DNA of 64,000 nucleotides from an uncultured Calditrichaceae bacterium (GTDB taxonomy: Bacteria > Zhuqueibacterota > Zhuqueibacteria > Oceanimicrobiales > Oceanimicrobiaceae): the NCBI GenBank assembly GCA_964455375.1, contig CAYVXE010000011.1, forward strand, positions 2,255 to 66,254. The letters are read 5' to 3'. Made by a program: the position numbers and the translations under genes. Shown here piece after piece: positions 57,384 through 64,000 of this stretch (its first letter is position 1; each line of letters begins with the position of its first letter). The notes beneath the pieces are model-generated. The model made no database searches and had not been told where the DNA came from. It saw only the letters and a list, made by a program, of their open reading frames with translations.

Positions 57384-58120
57384 TCGCTCACCACGTTTAT
57401 GAGTTCAACTCGCTCGGAGCCGCCTTGCACGGTGACTTCGAGAACACACCCTATTCCCGGCACATAGTATTTGTTGGCAACAATGTCCGGCTCAAGTGGG
57501 CTCCACTCTTTGGTCTTAAGACAGTTCGTAAAGGTCCCATAGGGCACTGTGACCCTTTCGTTCAAACCGAGCACTTCAGCCATGTCTTCGGCCACGGCCC
57601 GGTAGAATTCCTGCCGGTAGGTTCCCCCTACTTTTGGCATGGCTTCCATGATGATGCCTGGTTTGGCGCCATCGGCGCCGGCTTCCCATGAGCCTTCTGT
57701 GCCGGCCTGCACCCCGCCTTCAAACTGTTTGGAATCCTCGCCAAAGTACCAGACATTACCGTCCGTGTCCTGCGCATACCAGTCGAAGGTAGCCTCGATC
57801 AAGTCTCCTTCGAGCCAGACGCTGTCCGCAACCACCACGCACGCAACCCCCAGGATGTCTCTTGTTTCATGAGTGACATAGACTTTGTCGATTTCAGTAC
57901 CGTCCGCTGTCTTGCCTTTGTAGTTGGAAAGGGTCCCAGGCGTTAAAGGGAAAAGAAGATTGGTAACCTCTGTGACAAAATTGGCAGGATCGATGATCGG
58001 GTTGTAATCCAAGCTGTCGTGGTTCTTTGAGGAACGCTTGCACCCGCTTGCCAACAAGACAATGAGCATGATGACGAAGGGAGTCACGGTTGTCCTGCTT
58101 GAGCAAAATCTCTGTCTCAC
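57380..58120 (-). CDS. Lipoprotein of unknown function, first gene of ApbE operon; paralog of 35012-35833
   Basis: It uses a GTG start with an AAGGAG Shine-Dalgarno. The lipobox is LLASGCK. It shares conserved blocks with the 35012-35833 protein. Confidence 0.55.
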   Translation of the reverse strand: MRQRFCSSRTTVTPFVIMLIVLLASGCKRSSKNHDSLDYNPIIDPANFVTEVTNLLFPLTPGTLSNYKGKTADGTEIDKVYVTHETRDILGVACVVVADSVWLEGDLIEATFDWYAQDTDGNVWYFGEDSKQFEGGVQAGTEGSWEAGADGAKPGIIMEAMPKVGGTYRQEFYRAVAEDMAEVLGLNERVTVPYGTFTNCLKTKEWSPLEPDIVANKYYVPGIGCVLEVTVQGGSERVELINVVSE

Positions 58121-58633
58121 CTTATCTTACTCCTTTTTTTTGTTGTTGTATGAAAACTGCTGGCAGCAAATCAAAAACGCAATAGCGATCGGCTCGCGCT
58201 AAGACTGTGCTTGTAGATTTGCTTTTGATGCATCGCCACAAAATTCCGCCGTCAAGGTGCTATATCGATCCCATCAAAGAACCGCCAGCCCAAAACGGTC
58301 GCCCGTTTCATGAATTCACAATTCTATGTATTCTTTGTCTGGTTCTTAACTTGAGATGATCGCTTTCTGACACGTCAAAAACTATGCCACGCAAAAGAAA
58401 AAGCACTCAGTTAGACAGGTCTTTTTAGCCATGTCAGAGCTTAGAATATAGGCATTTTTAACCTCAGAAAGAGCGGTTGTCAAAAAGTTGACGCCTAACT
58501 ATCGAGCCTGACATTAGAAAGTCTTTAGTTTACAAGCTGTTGAGGTATTGACAATGAAAAACACAAATTGCGTCAAATTCTTGACACGAGATGACCGTGT
58601 GACGACAGTAGGTTTGAAAGCTACCGGCTGCCT

Positions 58634-59770
58634 TCATCTGACAAAGTTCAAACCGATTGAAATGGAATTGATTTCGTATTTGTAGGGATGCAAATTAGTC
58701 CTGTTGGTTTCAAAAGTATACCGAAGATCGAGACTGATCTTTCTTGATAATTTAAAGCGGATTTTATTCGAGAGAAATACTAATTTATCCCGGCGTTTTG
58801 GGCCTTTCGGTGTTATAAGCCAATACTGAAATCCCTTTGTATAAAACTGATAAAACAACAGAAATGAGATTTTAGGGGTTGCTTTAAAAAGTACGGAAAA
58901 AGAACTCAGGTGTTTACGATAGCCAAAATCAGAGTCTTCGGACAAAAACTCCTCTGAGTCTTCATCGTCAAAATTTTCACCTTTCTGGTTTACGTTGAAA
59001 GCATCGGCATTATCCAATTCATATCTATAGCTGAAGTTTGTTATAAATCTACGATTGAACACTTTATCCACATTTAGCCGGAATACGTAACGGTTGCCCC
59101 GATTATTAAGCGGCTGTTTCGGTGCTGTACTGCCGACGTACAGGTTACCCTCATGATTTTGGAATTCAATTTTTAATCCCAAATTTGCACCGTGAGAAAA
59201 CTCATGTCCGAATTTTAAATTTACCCTGTTACTGATATAGCTCTTTAAGGAAGAATTGCTGGTGTAAGTTTTGAACCAGTTTTGATAACCTATGGAAAAA
59301 TCGTTTCGTCCTGAAACTTTGAGTTTAAAAATGAAATCCAGAATATTTCTTCGATAGTTGAATGCATTGAACGATGGGTGCAAACGGAACCGCAATTCAT
59401 CTGATGCTGTTAGAAGAAATCGGTCTCCCAGGCCTTGCCTGAATTTGCCTTCAAGGGTTTGATCGTAGCGTGTAAAGTTCTTAAACTCACCATAACGGTA
59501 GTGTTGCAAATCATAGTTAAAAGCAATTTTGCTATGACCGGGAATCTCCCACTGTTTTTTAATATGGAAGAACAGGCCAACGCGAATGTCTTCCTCTTGA
59601 TCTATACTGGGTTGACGCGTAATGTTACTTCGAAATTCTCCGGATACTTTTCCCTGAAAATATAAAGGAAGGTCCTTCTGGCCGTACACGAAAGAGCTTT
59701 GACAGCATACAACCAAAACATACAGACTAAGCTGCAATGTAAATTTCTTGAATAGCATATTGGATCTCAT
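58634..59770 (-). CDS. Putative outer-membrane beta-barrel protein
   Basis: A signal peptide is followed by Tyr/Phe-rich alternating strands. The C-terminus reads GLNFVR (terminal aromatic-x-basic). Confidence 0.45.
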   Translation of the reverse strand: MRSNMLFKKFTLQLSLYVLVVCCQSSFVYGQKDLPLYFQGKVSGEFRSNITRQPSIDQEEDIRVGLFFHIKKQWEIPGHSKIAFNYDLQHYRYGEFKNFTRYDQTLEGKFRQGLGDRFLLTASDELRFRLHPSFNAFNYRRNILDFIFKLKVSGRNDFSIGYQNWFKTYTSNSSLKSYISNRVNLKFGHEFSHGANLGLKIEFQNHEGNLYVGSTAPKQPLNNRGNRYVFRLNVDKVFNRRFITNFSYRYELDNADAFNVNQKGENFDDEDSEEFLSEDSDFGYRKHLSSFSVLFKATPKISFLLFYQFYTKGFQYWLITPKGPKRRDKLVFLSNKIRFKLSRKISLDLRYTFETNRTNLHPYKYEINSISIGLNFVR

Positions 59771-59779
59771 ACTTTATTT

Positions 59780-60694
59780 CTATTTTTGATTATTTGAGGT
59801 TATGGTGTCCCTAAAGCGTCCTATTTTGACTTTGATGTGCCTGATATCTTGCTGTAACACCGCCATCTGATTTTTCAATTTTGCGCTTTCTCCATCCAAA
59901 TTATCGATTTTCTCCTGCAATTCATCAAGACGATTATGATCAAAAATATCCTGATCGTCATCAAGTGATTCTTCTAACTCCTTGTAAAAATCGAGTAGCT
60001 CCAGATAAGTTTTGCGTTCGCTTTGAATTTTTTGATTGTCTGTTTTAAGTATAGTTGAGTAATTACCCAGGTTTTTCAGAAAATCTTCAAGCAAAGCCAT
60101 TTTGAGTTTTAGCCGTCTAATAGAATCTCCTGATTCTATCCGTATTTTTTCCCAACCCTTCTCATCAATTTGCATTTTTTGCAGGCGGTTGGAATAGACG
60201 GTCATTTCGTCTTCCAGATCACTAATATAGTCCAGTTGACGTTTACTGCGATTCTTATCATGGCCATTGAGTTTCACATGGCTCATTTCTTGCCCTATGG
60301 CTATTTGTATTTGTCCAATAGCGGCCTTATATACTTGCTGTAATCTTAATCTTTCCTTCCGTAAATATTGGCTTGTCGCGTCGATACTATCCGCCAATTG
60401 ATGAGAGATTCTCAGCGCATTCTGCATTTGCAAACGAGAGAGCGGGTTCATTCCTTGACGCTTCTCGACTTTATACTTATAGATTTCCCTGTTGACTTTA
60501 TTGAATTCTTTTGACAGGCCGGTCATAACCTTTTGTTTCTGCTCGATAGTATGTTGAAGAGAGCGAATCAAAACTCTGAGACTATCCAATTCAGTTGCCC
60601 GCACCGACATACATACGACCAGACTGGCAATATTGATAAGTACAAGAATCGTTTTTAATTTTTTGAAAAAATCAATGTCGTAACAACGTTTCAT
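59780..60694 (-). CDS. Coiled-coil protein of unknown function
   Basis: An N-terminal TM or signal segment is followed by about 270 aa of heptad-rich Glu/Lys/Gln sequence. It overlaps the response-regulator stop. Confidence 0.45.
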   Translation of the reverse strand: MKRCYDIDFFKKLKTILVLINIASLVVCMSVRATELDSLRVLIRSLQHTIEQKQKVMTGLSKEFNKVNREIYKYKVEKRQGMNPLSRLQMQNALRISHQLADSIDATSQYLRKERLRLQQVYKAAIGQIQIAIGQEMSHVKLNGHDKNRSKRQLDYISDLEDEMTVYSNRLQKMQIDEKGWEKIRIESGDSIRRLKLKMALLEDFLKNLGNYSTILKTDNQKIQSERKTYLELLDFYKELEESLDDDQDIFDHNRLDELQEKIDNLDGESAKLKNQMAVLQQDIRHIKVKIGRFRDTITSNNQK

Positions 60695-62115
60695 TCAAAT
60701 TTGAACCTTAAAAGATCATGCTTTTCCATTTTATAGCGCAATGTGGTTCTTTTGAGCCCGAGGAGTTTCGCCGCCTGGGATATATTCCCCCGGGCCTCCA
60801 TCAATGCATTAAAAATCAATTGCTTTTCATAGTCATCCATGCGTTTGGTATAATTGTCTTCAGAATTCAGGTCATCATCTAAAGGGGTATGGTCAACGTT
60901 AATCTCATTTAAAATATTGGGGGTCAAATCATCCACATCGATGATGGCATCGGCAGACAATACGCTGGCGCGTTCTATGACATTTTCTAATTCTCTAATG
61001 TTTCCCGGCCATGTGTAGGCCAGTAAGTATTTCAGTGCTTTTGGTGAAATTGTTTCGATCTTCTGTCCGCCGATTTCACTTACTTTTCTCATGAAATGTC
61101 GAACAAGTGCGGGAATGTCTTCCAACCTTTCTCGCAGGGGCGGAAGATCTATGGCAACAACATTCAGGCGATAAAACAGATCTTCACGAAAGTCGGAACC
61201 TTTCATTCGTGACTCTAAATTCTGATTTGTAGCCGCGATGACGCGTGCTTGCATGGATAACGTTTGTGTACCACCAACACGCTCAAATTCTCTGTCTTGC
61301 AGAACGCGCAACAACTTTACCTGTACGGTGGGAAAGATTTCCCCGATTTCATCGAGAAAAATTGTGCCACTCCCGGCAAGTTCAAATCTCCCGAGTTTGG
61401 TTTTCAAGGCACCTGTAAAAGCGCCCCGTTCATGGCCAAAAAGCTCACTCTCCAGTACCCCCACAGCAAGTGCTGCACAATTGACTTTTATGAAGGGTTG
61501 ATTGGCCCTTGGACTTAGATAATGAAGTGCTCTGGCAACCAATTCTTTACCGGTACCGCTTTCACCAAGTATTAAAACAGGTGAATTTGCCGGCGCCGCT
61601 TTCCTGACTATGGAAAAAACTTGCTGCATTTTGGGAGATTGGCCAATAATATCAGAATAAGGACTATGTACTTTTTCCCCTGACTTGAATACGTTTTTCT
61701 GCTCTGAGAAATGGTCCGTTTCCAAGTTTTGCTGGATGAATACTTTGTTGATTTTGATTTCGATCTCCTCAACCGTAAAAGGTTTTGCGATATAATCAAA
61801 AGCCCCAAACTTCATGGCTTCAACAGCATTCTGAATCGTTCCAAAAGCAGTAATAATGACCACGGGAACGTCAGGGTCGATTTCATGCACTTGCTTCAGA
61901 AGTTCCAAACCGGATTTACCGGGAAGCTTCACATCAGTTATGATCAAATCGACCTGAGATGAATTAAAAAGCTCGAATGCTCGTTCAGCACTATAAGCCA
62001 CCAGCGCCCTATTCTTATGTTCTTCGACAATTTTCTTTATCGCGTCGGTGGTACTTTGATGATCATCAACAATCAAAATTGTTTTCATTTGTGCCCGTTC
62101 TCCCTTACAAATCAT
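60691..62115 (-). CDS. Sigma-54-dependent response regulator (NtrC family)
   Basis: Three domains are present. The receiver reads ILIVDDH...DLIITDVKLPG. The AAA+ sigma-54 activator has GESGTGKE, ESELFGHERGAFTGA and GNIREL. The C-terminus is a Fis-type helix-turn-helix. Confidence 0.9.
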   Translation of the reverse strand: MICKGERAQMKTILIVDDHQSTTDAIKKIVEEHKNRALVAYSAERAFELFNSSQVDLIITDVKLPGKSGLELLKQVHEIDPDVPVVIITAFGTIQNAVEAMKFGAFDYIAKPFTVEEIEIKINKVFIQQNLETDHFSEQKNVFKSGEKVHSPYSDIIGQSPKMQQVFSIVRKAAPANSPVLILGESGTGKELVARALHYLSPRANQPFIKVNCAALAVGVLESELFGHERGAFTGALKTKLGRFELAGSGTIFLDEIGEIFPTVQVKLLRVLQDREFERVGGTQTLSMQARVIAATNQNLESRMKGSDFREDLFYRLNVVAIDLPPLRERLEDIPALVRHFMRKVSEIGGQKIETISPKALKYLLAYTWPGNIRELENVIERASVLSADAIIDVDDLTPNILNEINVDHTPLDDDLNSEDNYTKRMDDYEKQLIFNALMEARGNISQAAKLLGLKRTTLRYKMEKHDLLRFKFE

Positions 62116-63995
62116 ATATTCAAGATAACTTTTGTGCCTTTTGGAATGTTATTTTTAACAATTATCGTGCCATTGTGTGCAGTTATAACATTTTTCACAA
62201 TCGCCAGGCCAAGGCCTGTACCCTGGCTGCGAGTAGAATAAAAAGGCTGAAAAATTTTATCCAGACGGTCCGGGGCAATGCCCATACCCGTGTCTGCAAT
62301 TTCAATCTGGACGTGTTTTGCTTTTTTAGAATTGGTCAGGGACACAGCACTTACTGTTAAGGCACCACCTGTTTCCATAGACTGGACCGCATTCAGCACC
62401 AAATTCAAAAGCACCCTCTTGAGTTGCTCAAAATCACCATGAATTTTTAGGTTTTTATTCCGCAGGTTTAATCGTACATCGATCTCTTTCTCCTGTAAAT
62501 CCTTAAATGCCAGAAACATCACCTCCTGAAATAGTTTCGAAACCAAAACATTCTCCGTCTTCAATTCGTTTGGCCGGGCGAAGGTCAGAAAATCCGTGAT
62601 AAACGTATTTAGGGTTCGAATCTCTCTTTGTATATTATTTATCGCCTGTTCACGTTCTGTTTGATCACTGATCCGCCTTTTCAACAGTCCCACAAACAAT
62701 TCTATTGAGTTCAGGGGATTCCGGACTTCATGCGCCACGGTTGCAGAAAGTTCTCCCAGATATGCCAATCGTTCTTTCTCACTTATCTCATCCTGCAATT
62801 TGCGGATTTCGGTTAAGTCTGTAATTACAAAATTTACCCCAATTGTTTTTTTATTCGAATCGACCAGGGGCGAGACTTCCACAGAAAGAATTTTATTGCT
62901 TTCGGGCAAAACAATTTCCACTTCTTTTTTTGTCTGATGAGGAACCGAATGCAGCATCCGTTTTATGAAAGGAAAAAATGGATGATTTTTTCCGAACACT
63001 TCCGTGTATTTCATACCGGTTGCCTGCTTCCGGAACAATAACAAAATTCGTTCGGCCGCTGGATTTATAATCGTCATGGTGCCCTGCAAATCAAAGGTCA
63101 TAATGCCATGGGCAATACTGCGTAAAATATAATTATTATAAGATTGAATGGATTCTGCTCTGCCTTCGGCAACTCGTTTTAGTTTTTTTAACCGTTCCTC
63201 TTTGATTTTGATGTTTTCCTGCATCGAATTGAAAACTTGGGCTAAAAACCCAATTTCATTTTTTGAGGTCATCATAACTGGTTGAGTAAAATCACCGCTG
63301 CTAACCCGTTGCGCCGCATCTACAAGCAATCGCACCGGTTTCAAAATAGACCGAGCGAGAACGAGGCTTATCAATACAGCCAAACCGACACTGACCAGAT
63401 TAAGTATCAGGATCAGATTTTCTATACGGTCGATGACATGCAAAAATGCAGGACTGGCATCTACACAAACGGCTGCAACCACCTGACCATGGTTATCAAA
63501 CACGGGGGCGTAGGCTGATTTATATAAATTACCGTCATAATTGCGATAAAGCGTTGAGAAGGTTGCTTTACCGTTCAGGGCAGATTCAACCTCTGGAAGA
63601 TTGATTTTCAGTTGTGGCGGGACTACACCAATTGGTGATTCTGTGTTCGTATCGAGTAGTGTTTTGAATGTTCGGTCTATAAGAAAAATTCGATTGACGT
63701 TAAAATCCTTTTTAAGTACTTCCAAATTGATCTGCAATTCTTTATAAAACTGCCCTCCTTCGTAGCCGGGTTTCAAAAATTCAAGCAAATCAGCATCGAT
63801 CAGATCAGACTCCGTTTCGGCCAAACTAATGAGTGTTTGCCCCAACTCAGAATCAAAGTAGTCCCGAGCCCTTGAATAAAAGAACCATCCGGCGATATTT
63901 AAAACAACGATCACCGTGAAAATTAAGGAAAATACAATCTGGTATTTCAATCCCCGTCTGCGAGGACTCAATGTTGCTGCATCTTCGTTCTTCAT
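62112..63995 (-). CDS. Sensor histidine kinase (periplasmic Cache-like sensor - HAMP - PAS - HisKA - HATPase)
   Basis: Two TM helices flank a periplasmic domain of about 170 aa. The H-box is ATVAHEVRNPLN. The N, G1 and G2 boxes are LLNLVLNAVQ, DTGMGI and GTGLGL. The 5' end is within 6 nt of the window edge, so the start is not fully verifiable. Confidence 0.85.
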   Translation of the reverse strand: MKNEDAATLSPRRRGLKYQIVFSLIFTVIVVLNIAGWFFYSRARDYFDSELGQTLISLAETESDLIDADLLEFLKPGYEGGQFYKELQINLEVLKKDFNVNRIFLIDRTFKTLLDTNTESPIGVVPPQLKINLPEVESALNGKATFSTLYRNYDGNLYKSAYAPVFDNHGQVVAAVCVDASPAFLHVIDRIENLILILNLVSVGLAVLISLVLARSILKPVRLLVDAAQRVSSGDFTQPVMMTSKNEIGFLAQVFNSMQENIKIKEERLKKLKRVAEGRAESIQSYNNYILRSIAHGIMTFDLQGTMTIINPAAERILLLFRKQATGMKYTEVFGKNHPFFPFIKRMLHSVPHQTKKEVEIVLPESNKILSVEVSPLVDSNKKTIGVNFVITDLTEIRKLQDEISEKERLAYLGELSATVAHEVRNPLNSIELFVGLLKRRISDQTEREQAINNIQREIRTLNTFITDFLTFARPNELKTENVLVSKLFQEVMFLAFKDLQEKEIDVRLNLRNKNLKIHGDFEQLKRVLLNLVLNAVQSMETGGALTVSAVSLTNSKKAKHVQIEIADTGMGIAPDRLDKIFQPFYSTRSQGTGLGLAIVKNVITAHNGTIIVKNNIPKGTKVILNI

Positions 63996-64000
63996 TAGAG

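Noticed and set aside
54286-58120. Searched the five ApbE-operon products for the flavinylation target motif D-x-x-[ST]-G-A-[ST].
   Set aside because: There are no matches. TGATG in the DUF3570 signal peptide is not in a plausible context. The target of ApbE is therefore not identifiable from this window.
1-64000. Looked for tRNA, rRNA, tmRNA and CRISPR repeat-spacer arrays.
   Set aside because: I found no T-arm or anticodon-stem cloverleaf candidates, no rRNA-like conserved blocks and no regularly spaced direct repeats. The only repeats are IS remnants, gene duplicates and isolated palindromes.

Overview
This is a 64-kb stretch of bacterial chromosome with about 55 protein-coding genes, more than 85% of them on the minus strand. 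I found no rRNA, tRNA or CRISPR array. Three features suggest an FCB-superphylum organism (Bacteroidota, Ignavibacteriota or Calditrichota-like), held with low confidence. First, the TonB-dependent receptors carry carboxypeptidase-regulatory-like N-termini and are paired with DUF4249 lipoproteins. Second, gene starts are AT-rich and mostly lack a Shine-Dalgarno sequence. Third, PP2C/GAF/PAS signalling proteins are abundant.

Content, from left to right:
- An SRPBCC protein and a Ser/Thr kinase fused to a TolB-like beta-propeller.
- A Phd/YefM antitoxin whose ParE-like toxin partner has decayed, then a VOC/PhnB-like protein.
- A PP2C phosphatase with two near-identical PAS domains.
- An IS3-family transposase remnant abutting an IS630 fragment that runs into the 5' end of an ECF sigma-factor gene.
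- A FAD/NAD(P) oxidoreductase fused to a NapH/CcoG-like membrane polyferredoxin.
- A PDZ-7TM-GAF-PP2C phosphatase, cytochrome bd oxidase cydAB, and a ThiO-like FAD oxidase.
- An AT-rich segment in which two paralogous lipoprotein genes flank two SAM-dependent methyltransferase genes.
- DedA, then an RND efflux operon (TolC-like, adaptor, permease) with an extra translationally coupled beta-barrel-like fourth gene.
- A PLC-like phosphodiesterase.
- An MMPL exporter, MOP flippase and GT4 glycosyltransferase locus. It abuts a second, inverted copy of the IS3 remnant.
- Three TonB-dependent receptors, two of them with DUF4249 partners, and a second GT4 paralog.
- A five-gene overlapping operon: lipoprotein, thioredoxin-like protein, ApbE flavin transferase, DUF4266 and DUF3570.
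- A sigma-54 two-component operon (sensor kinase and NtrC-type regulator) with a coiled-coil protein and a putative outer-membrane protein.

The most interesting candidates for an undescribed system are the ApbE/thioredoxin/DUF4266/DUF3570 operon with its lineage-specific lipoprotein, the flavoprotein-polyferredoxin fusion next to cydAB, and the duplicated lipoprotein-methyltransferase island.
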